Positions 1-12,710 of a stretch of 64,000 nt of DNA are shown here, piece by piece. The notes below the pieces were generated by a model. The model did not search any database, was not told where the DNA came from, and worked only from the letters and a program-made list of their open reading frames with translations. The DNA lies in assembly GCF_963921235.1 (NCBI RefSeq), contig NC_086097.1, positions 42,966,001-43,030,000 on the forward strand, in the 5' to 3' direction. The translations under genes and the position numbers were made by a program. The number at the start of each line of letters is the position of its first letter. Within the stretch, counting starts at the first letter, position 1. The DNA is from Mobula hypostoma. Its lineage: Eukaryota.

Positions 1-274
1 TTTTTGCTTAGACGTGGCAGGGGTCTGCTGGAAGGACTTTCACTACATTAAAAAGTACTTGGATGGAGCATTACAAGTTGTGACCTACAGAGCCATGGAT
101 AGGGGGCTGGAAGATGGGATTAAGCTGGGTAGTTATTTCTTATCTAACACAGACAAGATGGGCCAAGTGGTCTCCTTTTGCATCATAAATTTTATGTGAT
201 TTAAGAAATAAATCTCTAATTCATCCTTCTGAATTTTAAAATAACACACATTACAATTCTAAACAAACTTACAT

Positions 275-280
275 TTTATT
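275..280 (-). terminator. Candidate DNAAF2 polyadenylation signal (AATAAA)
   Basis: tttatt on + strand = AATAAA on -, about 40 nt after the DNAAF2 stop codon. Confidence 0.5.
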
Positions 281-319
281 GTACAATAACACCATACATT
301 TATAAATAGAAGTTTTTCT

Positions 320-979
320 TTAATCTAACTGATAAAGTTCAGTATTCTGAAAGGTGAATGCAGAATGTGTTGTATGGTCACAAATAACCTTCACACTTTT
401 ATCAGCATGATCAATTTCCTCCAGAACTTGGAATGAAGCTGTTCCTTTAACAAACTCTGAATGATTGTCATTCATTTGATCAGCTGGAAGGTCATCTTCA
501 TCAAGAAACTCATTATCAACGCCCTCCCTTTTTGCACACACAGAACTGGCTGAGGACTCATCATTCACAGATATTGGATCCTCTGCTTGCAGTACACCAA
601 GCTCTGAGGGTGACTGACTTTCAACTTCAATTTCACTAACAAGCTTATTCCCATCAATGGGATTCATGCAGCCACTTTCAGATACCTGGTCCACTCCAGG
701 CTTCAAAATTACCCTTGTTCCTTCTGATGAATTGTGTAAATGTACAGAATTATCACAATTCTCTGACAGGATAACCAGTTCATCTTGTTGATTGGATACA
801 AATTCAACACCATCATCTGACAATGATGGGTCCCTCTCTGCCTTTTTATCACTTGCAATAGATTCAGTCAAGCCCATTTCTTCTCCACGTTGCTGAAGGT
901 TTGATGGAGTAATGCCAGCTGTACTGTGATTCAGATCACATGCATGAGAGATGATTTCATCCTCCTCTTGCTGCTGAAA
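320..979 (-). CDS. DNAAF2: Protein kintoun / dynein axonemal assembly factor 2, exon 3 (last coding exon)
   Basis: Acceptor ttttgtag|TTT CAG CAG. 660 nt in frame, ending HTTHSAFTFQNTELYQLD*, which matches the conserved KTU C-terminus (human ...HCAFSFQNSLLYDLD). Confidence 0.9.
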   Translation of the reverse strand, partial: FQQQEEDEIISHACDLNHSTAGITPSNLQQRGEEMGLTESIASDKKAERDPSLSDDGVEFVSNQQDELVILSENCDNSVHLHNSSEGTRVILKPGVDQVSESGCMNPIDGNKLVSEIEVESQSPSELGVLQAEDPISVNDESSASSVCAKREGVDNEFLDEDDLPADQMNDNHSEFVKGTASFQVLEEIDHADKSVKVICDHTTHSAFTFQNTELYQLD

Positions 980-1116
980 CTACAAAACCAGAATATTTAT
1001 CTGAATTTGTATTTTAAAATAGTAGTTAAACTTGTTTCAAATATCACCACTGATCCATTTCAAATTTACAAGGCACTGTTTTATTGCTGATGAAAGGACA
1101 GATGTAGTATATTTTA

Positions 1117-2202
1117 GTGTACATTCAAGATGAGGTAGTAAATTGGATTAGACATTGGCTTTGCGGGAGAAGCCAGAGAGTGGTAGTAGATGGTTGCTTC
1201 TCTAACCGGAGGCCTGTGTCTAGTGGAGTGCAGCAGGGATTGGCGCTGAGAGCATTGCTGTTTGTCATCTACATCAATGATCTGGATGATAATGTGGCTA
1301 AGTTGAACAGCAAATTGTGGATGACACCAAAACTAGGGGTGCAGTGGACTGTGAGGAAGACTGTCCGAGCTTGCAGTGAGATCTGGACCAGCTGGTAAAA
1401 TGGGCTGATAAATGACAGATGGAATTTAGTGCAGACAAGAGTGAGGTGTTGCAATTCCATAGGACCAAGTAGGGTAGGTCTTACATAGTGAATGGTAAGG
1501 CACTGACGACTCCTATAGAACAAAGGGGTCTGGGAATACAGCTCCATAATTTAGTAAGGTGGCATCACAGGTTGAAAGGGTTGTAAAGAAAGCTTCTAGC
1601 ACATTGGCCTTCACAACTCAAAGTAGTGATAACAGGAGATGAGATGTTATGTTATATTGAAGTTGTATAAGACATTGTTGAGGCCTTATTTGGAGTATTG
1701 TGTGTAGTTTTGGTCACCTACCTACATGATGTAAATAAAGTTGAAAGAGAGTGCAGAGAAAATTTACAAGGCTGTTCATTGGACTGGAGGCCTGAGTCAT
1801 ATGGAATGATTCAATAGGTTAGGGCTTTATTTCCTTGGAACGTAGAAGATTGAGGAGATACTTGATAGAAGTAATGCAAAATTATGAGGGGTACAGATAG
1901 GGTAAATATAAGCAGGCTTTTTCCACTGAGGTTGGGTGGGACTACAATTAGAGGTCATAGGTTAGGAATGAAAGATGAAAAGTTTAAGGAGAACATGAGG
2001 TGAAATTTCTTAACTCAGAGAGTTATGAGAGTGTGGAACAAGCTGCCAGCGCAATGTTTAAGAGAAGTCTAGATAGGTACAGGGACAGTAGGATGGCTAT
2101 TGTTCAGATGCAGGTTGATGGGACTAGGCAGTTTAAATGGTTCAGCACGGACTAGTTGGGCCAAAAAGCCTGCTTCTGTGCTGTACTTTTCTATGACTTT
2201 AT
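1117..2202 (+). mobile_element. Decayed CR1 LINE 3' fragment
   Basis: RT remnants (SGVQQG...LFVIYINDLD), frameshifted RPHLEYCV-like region and CR1-type 3' UTR. Confidence 0.85.
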
Positions 2203-2530
2203 GTAATTGTTCCTTAGTAGCTGGTATCATATTGCTTTTTACAACTTGTATCCTTTGGCTTTGAGGACAGTTTTAGAAATAATGCAGTTTACAACTAGTC
2301 AACGATTATAAGATGACAATTGTAAACTGCACAAATGCATTGCCAAGAACACAAGCTTAATACAAATCTAAAGTGTGCTATTAGAAAAGCTAGAAGAGTC
2401 AGCTGGATCTTTGAAAACAGAACTGATCATAGACTAGAAAAGGTAAAATCTGTTTGAAGTGGATTAAAAGCAGGGAAATGGGACTCATTTCTAAAAGGTC
2501 TTCCAACACAGACCAAAAGTTTCTGAGAAC

Positions 2531-3118
2531 AAGATGACATCAGCAGTACTGGAACATCTGGACAGCAAAGATGTATACGTCAAGATGCTCTTTATCGACT
2601 ACAACTCAGCGTTCAATACCATCTTCACCCCAAAAACTAATCAATAGCCTCCAAGACCTTGCACAGAGCATGTTATCAGCAGCATTCAAAAGTAAAACAT
2701 AAATTTAAAAATTAAACAAATTGTACACAATTTTTACAAGAAAACACAATTACAACAGATGTCCATTTTAGTGCAAAGTGGTCAAGGTGTTCACAGTGTT
2801 GCTAAATGGTCATGACTAGGAATTTGCCATATGGTTCAAGAACTGAATGGTTGAAGGGAAATAGTTGTTCTTTAACCTAGTGGCATGGGGCTTAAGTTTC
2901 TGTATCTACTGCTTAATGGCAACTGTAAAAAGATGGCATGGCTCAGGTAGTGGAGATCTTAGATGAAAATGTTGCCTTCTTGAGGCAGCACCTCCTGTAG
3001 ATATTACCAGTGGTGGGGAGGGATGTAGCCACAATGGTTTCTGGGCAGAATACACAATTCCCTATAGCCTCTTACATTCCTGCGCATTCAAGTTGCCATA
3101 CCAGACCGTAATGCAAAT
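2531..3118. mobile_element. Rex1/Babar-type LINE fragments
   Basis: [14 protein letters not shown] motif on +, followed by an inverted 3' segment. Confidence 0.55.
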
Positions 3119-4448
3119 ACACTTACCCCATATGCCTTCTTTGATTACCTTAAAATCTCAAAAGATACTATTCCTGGCCTTAAATACACTCAGGGACTGG
3201 GCCTCCAACGCCCTCTTAGGCAATGAATTCCATAGATTCACCATCCTTTAGCTGAAGAAATTGTTTCTCATTTCTCTCTTTAAGTGGCCAAGCTCTCTTC
3301 TTAGGACTGAGACATCATTGCCAAGGAAAGAACAGCTCTATATCTACCCTGCAAAGCCCCTTAAGAATATGTGTTTCAAAAGAAATACGATATTTTAAGT
3401 TACTATTTCCTTTCCGACTTCATCTGACATGAATACTCTTTTCTTATAGTTTACAGTAAAATAGCAGAAAACCTGAAATAAAAATAATTGCTTTTTACTT
3501 TCTAGTTTGCTAACAATAAGAACTTATCAATGTGATTGTCTTCTAAGTCTTCCTGAACACCTCATTGTTGTTGGGGCCATACAGCCCCATGAACTTATTC
3601 CTGACAGTAATTGATGTAAAGAAGAATGAATCCACATCACATGGATCACAAATCTTTGTGGGCACCTGTGGCAGTGCAATCACTTCACTGCTGACCATAA
3701 ATTCTGGATCATCATTTTCTTAATTAGAACTTTTGCTATTTTACAAAAATAGAAAATACCCAATTTTTAAGCAATTTCACATGACCTGTTTTATACTTTC
3801 AGTAACAATTATTTTTATTTTCTATACAGAAAGTCAAATTACCATGGATGACAAGGCATGAAGCTAATATGAGTTAAATGTCAAATATTTTGAGAAAGCT
3901 TTGGCGTCCAGAAATGGAATTAATAAGAAAAAAATATGATTAATGCGAAACCGTAAGAGCCCAAGTTAGGTTACGCTGTGCTAAATGTGATCAGCCAAGT
4001 GGTAAAACACACCTGCAAACCCTGGGTCAAAGTAAGAAAACTGGCTCCTAATCACAATCTTTGAAACAACATCTGCCTGGATGTTGATGAGTATACGTCC
4101 AGGTTCAACTCTAACAAGCTCAGCAATGAAGTTACCTAAAAATGACAGTGCAGTTGTACACAAAAATAATGGGCACATAAATGAGATATAAAGACAACCA
4201 GGAATCAACTTTCAGCAAAACTGAAACAGTGCGAAAAAGTTATTTAAGAATGGAGAGTGCTGGAGGTAGAACAACCTCCGCTGAACTTTAAATGGGGCAA
4301 TCTATTTCTGCTCTGTGATAATAATTTCCAAAGGCTTTCTGTAAAGTTTCTCACAATGGATGGATAGCAAGAGTATAAATACTTCCTCATGTTTAAGAGT
4401 ATAGATTAATAAATGCTGGTTTTCTTTCTGTAGTTCTACATAGCTTAC

Positions 4449-4595
4449 CTTTGAGTAAATAACCAGACCACTTTCACAGACTTCTGACACTCTCAACTCT
4501 GCCGAACATTTTTCAGTTGGATCAGCAGGGTCTGTTTTCTTTAAGGAAGTACTCAGGAATTGTTCAGCATTTTCTGAAGTTACAAACAACTTGTG
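4449..4595 (-). CDS. DNAAF2: DNAAF2 exon 2
   Basis: tttag|CAC AAG TTG TTT GTA ... TCA AAG|gtaagc. 147 nt, phase 0/0. HKLFVTSENAEQFL resembles the vertebrate KTU exon 2 motif LFVxxENxxxFL. Confidence 0.9.
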
Positions 4596-4718
4596 CTAAA
4601 CAAAAAGAACAATTCATGTTCACATGATTAACAGAGAACATCTGACAAAGGCACAGGTACTTAAATATACATTTGATGTTACAAAATAATTCTTCTGAAA
4701 CAAACCTTTATGACTTAA

Positions 4719-4932
4719 CGCTGGAGGAACTCAGCAAGCCAAGCAGCATCAATGGAAAAGAGTGAACAGTCAATGTTTCGGGCCGAGATCCTTCATCTGC
4801 CCTGACGAAGGATCTCAGCCCGAAACGTTAACTGTTTACTCTTTTCCATAGATGCTGCCTGGCCTGCTGAGTTTCTCCAGCACCTTGTGTGTATTACTTT
4901 GATTTCCAGCATTTGCAATTTTCTCTTGTTTG
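4719..4932. mobile_element. Penelope-like (PLE) terminal-repeat foldback with hammerhead motif
   Basis: Inverted arms gctggaggaactcagc...ccttc / gaagg...ctccagc. CTGACGA...GAAACG core at 4802-4827. Confidence 0.75.
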
Positions 4933-5199
4933 TCCTCAATGACTCAAGTACAACACAATTAGCTTCCGAGAGACTACTGAATTCATAGTACCATTATAAA
5001 GTCCAGAGTGAGTCCTGTATAACCAATGACTAAACGAAAACGGTTTTGGTCTCTCATGGCTGTAGTTGATGAATACAACCATTAGATATATAATTGTACT
5101 CCGTACAGGCAAACTCAATGCTCAATATAAAGGAACCCCTAAGGAGGGAGTGATCATAATAGGACAGAACTCACCCTGCTGTTTGAGAAGGTGAAGGTA

Positions 5200-5850
5200 G
5201 AGTCAGATGTGTCAGTACTACAGTAGAGTAAAGGAAATTATAGAAGCATGATAGGAGCTTGTCAAAGTTGACTGAAAAGGGACACTAGCAGGGTTTATGG
5301 CAGAACAGTAATGGCTGGAGATTCTGGGGCAATTGAGAAGGTGCAGAATAGATAAATCCCAAAGAAGAAGTATTTTAAAGTGAGTTTGTGAAAACCGTGA
5401 CTGACAAGGGACAGCATAAGAGGAAAAAAGAATATAACAAAAATTAGTGGGAAGTTAGAGGATTAGGAAGCTTTTAACAACCAACAGAACACAACTAAAA
5501 AAAGCCATAAGGACAGAAAAGATGAAATATGAAGGTAAGCTAGCCAATAGGGATAGGCCAGCTGGCGAGTTAAGTGGTTAGGATGATGTCAGAGCCTATT
5601 ATTAAAGATGAGGTTTCAGGATACTTGGAGGCACATGATAAATATCAGTCAAAGTCAGCATGGTTTCCTGAAGGAGAAGTCTTACCTGACAAATCTGTTG
5701 GAATTCTTTGAGGGAATAACAGGCAGGATAGACAAAGGAGGGTCAGTGGATGTAGCTTACTTGGATTTTCAGACAGCCTTTGACAAGATGCCGCACATGA
5801 AGCTGCTTAACAAGATAAGAGCCCATGGTATTACAGGAAAGATACTAGAA
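5200..5850 (+). mobile_element. CR1 LINE internal fragment
   Basis: SQHGFLKEKSYLTNLLEFFE...YLDFQTAFDKMPH. Confidence 0.8.
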
Positions 5851-5851
5851 T

Positions 5852-8800
5852 AGAACATAGAACAGAGAAATCTATAGCACATCACAGGTCCTTCGGCCCA
5901 CAATGTTGTGCCAACCATGTAACCTACTCTAGAAACTGCCTAGAATTTCCCTACTGCATAGCCCTCTATCTTTCTAAGCTCCATGTACCCATCTAAGAGT
6001 CTCTTAAAAGACTCTATTGTAACCGCCTCTACCACCGTTGCTGGTAGTGCATTTCACGCATCCACAACTGTGTGGAAAAATTTACCTTTGACATCTTCCT
6101 TGTAGCTACTTCCAAGCACTTTAAAACTATGCCCACTCGTGTTAGCTACTTCAGCCCTGGGAAAAGCCTCTGGCTATGCACACGATCAATGCCTCTCATA
6201 TAGACCTCTACCAGGTCACTTCTTATCCTCTATCGCTTCAAGGAGAAAAGGCCAAGATCACTCAACCTATTCTCATAAGGCATGCTCTCCAATCCAGGCA
6301 ACATCCTTGTAAATCTCCTCTGCACTCTATTTACAGTATCTATATTTATATTTCCTTCCTGTAATGAAGTGACCAGAACTGAACACAGTACTCAAAGTGG
6401 GGTCTAACTGAGGTCTTATATAGCTTCAACATTACCTCATGGGTCTTGAACTCAATCCCACAGTTAATGAAGGCCATCACACCATAGGCTTTCTTAACAA
6501 CAGTGTCAACCTGCGCAGCAACTCTGAGCGTCCTGTGGACACGGACTCCAAGATCTCGCTGATCCTCCACACTGCCAAGAGTCTTACCATTAATATTATA
6601 TTCTGTCTTCAAATTTGACCTACCAAAATGAACAACTTCACACTTAATCTGGGTTGAAATCCTTCTGCCACTTCCTAGCCCAGTTCTGCATCCTATCGAT
6701 GTTGTGCTGTAACCCCTGACGATCCTCCAGACGATCCACAACACCCCCAACTTTTGTCATCAACAAACTTATAACCCACCCTTCCACTTCCTCATTCAGG
6801 TCGTTTATAAAAATCACAAGAGAGGGGTCCTAGAACAGAACCCTGAGGAACACCACTGGTCACTGACTTCCATGCAGGATACGAACCACCTAAAACCACC
6901 CTTTGCCTTCTGTGGGCAAGCCAATTCTGGATCAACAAAGCAACGTCTCCTTGGATCCCATGCCGTCTTACTTTCTGAATGAAAGGGGAACCTTATCAAA
7001 TGCCTTACTGAAATCCATATACACTGCATCCACTACTCTACCTTCATCAATGTGTTTTATTACATCCTCAAGGAATTCAATCAAGTTCGTAAGGCATGAC
7101 CTGCCCTTGACAAAGCCATGCTGACTATCCTTAATCAGATTATGTCTCTCCAAATGCTCATAAATCCTCCCTCTCAGAATCTTCTCCAACACTGAAGTAA
7201 GACTCACTGGTCTATAATTTTCTGGGTTATCTCTACTCCCTTTCTTGAACACCTTCCAATCCCCTGTACTTCTCCAGTCCCTATTGATGATGCAAAGGTC
7301 ATCACCAGAGGCTCAGCAATTTCCTCCCTCACTTCCCACAGCAGCTTGGGGTGCATCTCGTCTGGTCCCAGTAACTTATCTAACTTAATACCTTTCAAAA
7401 GCTCCAGCACATCCTCTTTCTTAATGCCTATAGACTGAAGCATTTCAGTCCGCTGTAAGTCATCCCTACAATTGCCAAGGTCCTTTTTACTGGTGAATAC
7501 TGAAGCAAAATATTCATTAAGTATCTTGGCTACCTCCTCTGACTTCATGCACATGTTCCCACTATCACACCTGATTGGCCCTATTCTCACACGGATCATC
7601 CTCTTGCTCTTCACACACTTTGGGGTTTTCCTTAATCCTGCTCAGCAAGGCCTTCTCATGCCCCTTTCTAGCTCTCCTAATTTCATTCTTGAGCTCCTTC
7701 CTGGCACCCTTGTAATTTTCTAGAGCTCTGACAGTACCTGGTTACTTGAACCTTTCGTAAGCCTTTCCTTTCTTCTTAACTAGCTTTTCTACATCCTTTG
7801 TACACCATGGTTCTTTTATCCTACCATCCTTTCCCTGCAGAATGGCATCCAAATACTCCTGGAACATTTGCCACATTTCTGCCGTGCATTTCCCTGAGAA
7901 CATCTGCTCCCAGTTTATGTTCCCAAGTTCCTGCCTAATAGCATCATATTTTCCACTACCCCAATTAAATGTTTTCCCAAATTGTCTGCTGCTGTCCCTC
8001 TCCAACGCTATGGTAAAGGAGATAGAGTAATGGTCACTACCTCAAAAGTGCTCTCCCACCGACAGATCTGACACCTGACCAGGTTCATTTCCCAACACCG
8101 GATCAAGTACAGCCTCTCCTCTAGTTGGCTTATCTACATATTGCATCAAGAAACCTTCCTGAACACACCTAACAAACTCCACTGCATCTAAACCCTGTGC
8201 TCTAAGGTGATACCAGTCAATATCAGGAAAGTTAAAATCACCCATCACAACAACCCTATTATTATTGCACTCAATGCAGTATTATTATTGAACTCAATGA
8301 TCCAAAAATCTGAAGCCCTCCCTCCTGCACTATCCTCTTAGCCACATGTTAAACTGTACGATCTTCCTATTTCTAGCCTCACTGGCATGTGGCATGGATA
8401 GCAATCCTGTCCTTTAACTTAGCACCCAATTCCCTGAACTCACTTTGCAGGATCGCTTCACTCCTCCTACCCATGTCATCGGTGCTGACATTGACCACAA
8501 CCTCTGGCTGCTCACTCTCCCACTGAAGAATGCTGTGGACTTGATCAGAGATGTCGCTGACTCTAGCACCTGGGAAAATCGCCTCTCTGTTCTCCTGATC
8601 AACAAATCCCCCATCACGACAGCTCGCCTCTTCTCCCCACTTCCTGTCTGAGCTACAGAGCCAGAATCACTGCCAGAGATCTGACTGCTGTGGCCTTCCT
8701 CTGCTGGGTCATCCCCAAAGCGGTATACCTGTAGTTGAGGGGAACAGCCACAGGGATACTCTGCACTGGCTGCCCATCCTGATGGTCACCCAGTTACTTG

Positions 8801-9548
8801 TGACCTGCATCTTCAGTGTAACTGTAGGATAATACAATTGGTGGATAAGCACATAATTTACAACCAGTGACATGGAGTTGGGGTTCACTTTAAGAGGTGG
8901 GTCTAATGTGATGACATAATTATTAGAGTTTTTGGCACGCTTTGTGTTCAGTGTGTGGTGTTCAATGAAATGTGTAAGTTTTTTCTGGAATATAAAATGC
9001 CTCAATTCATGTTATTTGTATGTTCTATCAACCCATCAGCCTCCCAAATGATCAGGGTTCATCCAATTCCAGCACCAACTCCTTAATGCGGAGTGTTAGA
9101 AGCTGTAGCTGGTTGCACTTCACACAGGTGTAGTCGGCAGGAACACTGGTCATCTCCCTGACTTCCCACATCCTGCAAGAGCATTCCACTATCCTGCCTC
9201 GCATCCCCACCGCTCTAAATGTGCAATAAGAATAATTAATGAAAAAATCTTATGGTCTACGCCTCTCCTCGCTGAGCAAAAACCTCGACTCCCCACTCTA
9301 ACACTCCACTTAAACGTAACTTTTTATTGGATTTTGCCAGCTGCCTAATTATGCGCAGTCCAACGTCTCCCTGGAACTGTGGTGTTCAAAATATATCAAC
9401 TGCCCGCTTGCTTTTTTAAAAAAATTCCCTCTCCCACTAGGCAATCTAACGTCTCCCAGGGAACCATGATGTGCAAAATGTGCCAACTTGCCCCACTAGC
9501 TTTTTTTTAAACTCTCTTTCACTCTACGCAATCCAATGTCTCCCTCAG
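5852..9548 (-). mobile_element. Near full-span decayed CR1 LINE (5' UTR repeats, ORF1 esterase remnant, ORF2 EN+RT, 3' tail)
   Basis: GDLLIRRTERRF (SGNH-like ORF1), GDFNFPDIDW (EN), [27 protein letters not shown] (RT), RPHFEYCVQFWS; ttctatg-type tail near 5852. Confidence 0.85.
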
Positions 9549-10193
9549 TGCAATGATTATTTGAAATTGATGCAGTTATTTTAACATCCGACACAACAAA
9601 TGTTGCAATGTAGCTCAGTTCAAGTTGTTCACTGGTCTGTGATTGCTCCCAAATGAAATCTTTACATCTATTGTCACAAGTTATATAAGCAACACTGTTT
9701 TCTCATTCCAATATTGACTTCTCTGTCTTTGGATTCCTCTACAATACTATGAAAACAATGCTGAATCCTAGCTATCTGGTCCAGATTCTAGACTCTAAAA
9801 GACAAATTTAATATCTGGGGGATCTATTTTTATAAATACTAATTATCAATTAGATATGTCAAAATAACTGCAAGAATAAATTTACCATATTACTAGACTC
9901 TGATCAAATAACACCTCCAAAACACATTGTTTTTTAAAAGTAAACTGTGCATTATCGCCATCAACTCATTTTTTAATATTTTATGTTTAGGTACTGGAAA
10001 GCGAAATTCATCTTTTCATAACCCAACTACTAGCTTGTCCCCAAAAATACCCAACTCAAGTTGATTTAAAATGTTTTCCGTAAATATTCTAAGAAAAAAG
10101 TCAGATCACTTTAAAGACTAAAGAGGGAAAGCAAAAGAATGAATGTAGAGCCATGTTTTCATGACAGATGATATTTTGGGTTGGCAAGGTTAC

Positions 10194-12107
10194 CTGCAAG
10201 GAGTTGTGTGTACTTCCAGCACAAAAGCTTTGCCAGGAACCTCGGCTCTCCGATGACTTCATTAACACCACTGCGGCATTGTCTTTTGATATGTTCAGTA
10301 TGCTTTCTCTGGTGTCCAACTGATGTTCAGATGGAAACTGAATAATCAACGAATATAAGGCATCTGAGTGTGTTGTTCCAAAAGTCATGTTATAATTGTG
10401 GGTATGAAGAACAGATTTCAAACTATTTTCATTGATATTTCTCACTTGCAGTATAAATGTAACCGAGTTTTCATTCTGATGGTAATGGAAATCTGGACAC
10501 ACAGCTTCATTTTCCTTTAAAGAGTCTTCCGAGCAGGATTTGGTATTTTCAGATGAATTTACTTGTGGGTGCTCAGTTACTTGTCCATCTATTGTACTAT
10601 TGCAATGCCTTTCCTGAGCCACATAACTTTTATCATTAGAAGTTACTGCACCTTCCTCAGGGAGGTTCTTCTGTCCTTCTGAATCCACTTCTGAGACAAT
10701 CTGGGGAGAAACAATCACATCATTTGGTTTCAGAAAGTGATTACTTGAAATAGTAGTAGTTACTTTCACACTTGATGTGATGGATGCTGTAATGTGGCTG
10801 AATCCAAGGTGTTCATTAGTTTGAGATTGCTCCCAATTAAAATCCTTACACCCATCTTCATAATTTATACAAGCTGTATCATTTTGTCCATATTTCTCTT
10901 GGGAATCTCCTTCAAATTTATTCATTTCTGGTATCAGTACTGACTCGTCAGTATTCTCCATGGATTCACTGTCCTTCCCTGCCGGCTCAAAGTCACTATC
11001 GTGGGATTTTCCCAGTTCTAGGACTTGCTTTGCAGGAACAACTGGCAAAGTAACCACAAGCTGTCTCTTGGATTTGTTAAATTTAGCCGACCCCTGATTT
11101 TCATCTACCGGGTATGGGAGGGTCAAATCAAGTTTATAAGCTGGTTTCTGCGACTCCAAACATAACAATTTTTCGGTCACATCCAAACTAGCATTCTCGA
11201 CAGAATTAAGCAGAGGAAGGTCGATAGTCACCACAAGTTCTTTAGGTCTGGTACTAGGGACAGCATCGCGGGCATATCGATAATCTTGCAAGTCAAAAGA
11301 TGATCGGTAAACAATGGAGTATTTAGGTTGGGTAAATTTGTTGTCCTGCATTTTCTTATTCTGATCCTTTCCAAAGGCGTTTGATATCTCAGTCGTACTT
11401 TTATTCTTGATATCGCTTCGAGTGGTCTTTTCTGATTTTGGAAGCTCGTAGGGATAAGGGAACCTTAAAGGACTGTCTTCTTCTGGAATTTCCTTAGGGC
11501 CACCAGGAAGTGGTTTGCGAATAACAGCAGAGTGGGGCAACCCCTTATATTTTATTTTCAAAGTTTTAACGTTTCTCAAATCCAGCTTTGCATTTAGTTG
11601 CTTCTCTATCGCGTCCAGTGAAATTTCATCCACCATTTTTCTAAACTTCTTATTCCTGTCAGCCATGTACAGAGTGTCCGGGTGAAACACCACATCATAA
11701 ATCAGATATTTTTTACCCTCTGCAGCCAGATCTTCCCTCCCAGGCGTGAGGCTGTAGGGCAGAGACCACTGTTGCCCCAGTGCCCCGTCGTTGCCCTTTG
11801 CCGGTTCGCAAGTGGGTTTATTTATCAGATCATTGCTGCAGACGTTGATGAAACATTTTTTGTCACCGTTAACGCTGGTCTTCAGGACATGGCCCGGGAT
11901 GGGGTGCACAAACTTTACATCCACTCCTCTTTCTCGCTCCAGCTGGGTTATTTCCTCTTCGTATTTCTTCTTATTTTCCGGTTTAGAGATTTCCTCCGCA
12001 TAGTCGGATAACATTTTTCTGAACTTTTCATCTTTCAGCGCTTTAGAGAAGCGGTCCACCTCTTCGCGGGTTAATTCCAGCTCCTCCAGCTTGGACGACG
12101 ACGCCAT
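10194..12107 (-). CDS. DNAAF2: DNAAF2 exon 1 (PIH1 domain, CS domain, low-complexity linker, second CS-like domain)
   Basis: ORF MASSSKLEELELTREEVDRFSKALKDEKFRKML...FINVCSN...WSLPYSL...YDVVFHP...LVVTIDLPLL...AKFNKSKRQLVVTLPV. Donor CAG|gtaacc at 10194/10193; the ORF-track continuation to 10101 is intronic read-through. Confidence 0.95.
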
Positions 12108-12153
12108 GCTTCAGCGCGAGCGCGGCCTCCTCCGCCGCTCCGGGCGCACGCTG

Positions 12154-12163
12154 TTGACGTCAA
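12154..12163. promoter_or_regulatory. Full CRE/ATF palindrome (TTGACGTCAA) upstream of the DNAAF2 ATG
   Basis: TGACGTCA core at 12155-12162 in the CpG-rich patch, about 50 nt 5' of the ATG. Confidence 0.5.
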
Positions 12164-12361
12164 GGACGGGGAGGATTACAAATATTTCAGCTAAATCACT
12201 TTCTCCAACTTCTCAGTAATTAACAGGTTATTTTTAAAAATTCGATTAAACTATTTTAAGGCTCACAGGATCGCATTTTAGGTCTTCAATATATATTAAG
12301 CCTCAGGAATTAATTTGTTAGTGCGGAAGACGACAGGAACACGACGGTGTGATGCGATCTG

Positions 12362-12386
12362 GTTGCCATGGGGAAAATGGCAAACA
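12362..12386. promoter_or_regulatory. RFX X-box-like site next to a forkhead motif
   Basis: GTTGCCATGG (perfect X-box half plus core) at 12362-12371 and GCAAACA at 12380-12386. DNAAF2 is a motile-cilia gene. Confidence 0.55.
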
Positions 12387-12710
12387 ACACCTGACAAGGA
12401 ACCGGCGGCTTTCACTGCGACCCAAAGGGATGCAATTGGTACCTGTAAATAAGTCTTAATTCTTGACTAAGGTTTGAGAATCAACGAATTGTAAACATCT
12501 TTCACTTGAGTATGGACTGAGAGTCAACGCATAATTTTATTGTAAATAATTTTATTTATTGAATAAGGACTCAGGGTCAACGAATTGTTTTTCTATGTAA
12601 ATAACTTTATTTTGTAATATTTCTGAAGGAAGTATATTTTTGGAGAGAAAAAAAAGAAGAAAACGCCTGTATCCTAGGAGGTTAAGATCAGGTTTAGCTT
12701 TGGTATTTTG

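Noticed and set aside
3543-3745. About 55-codon minus-strand open stretch in DNAAF2 intron 2, as an extra exon
   Set aside because: No recognisable homology, no convincing donor, and it ends in a stop; exons 2 and 3 already join in frame
10101-10193. C-terminal 30 codons of the 668-aa ORF, read as a single-exon gene
   Set aside because: This is read-through past the CAG|gtaacc donor; the conserved KTU sequence continues in exons 2 and 3
11682-12011. Plus-strand ORFs over DNAAF2 exon 1
   Set aside because: These are antisense shadows of the coding sequence
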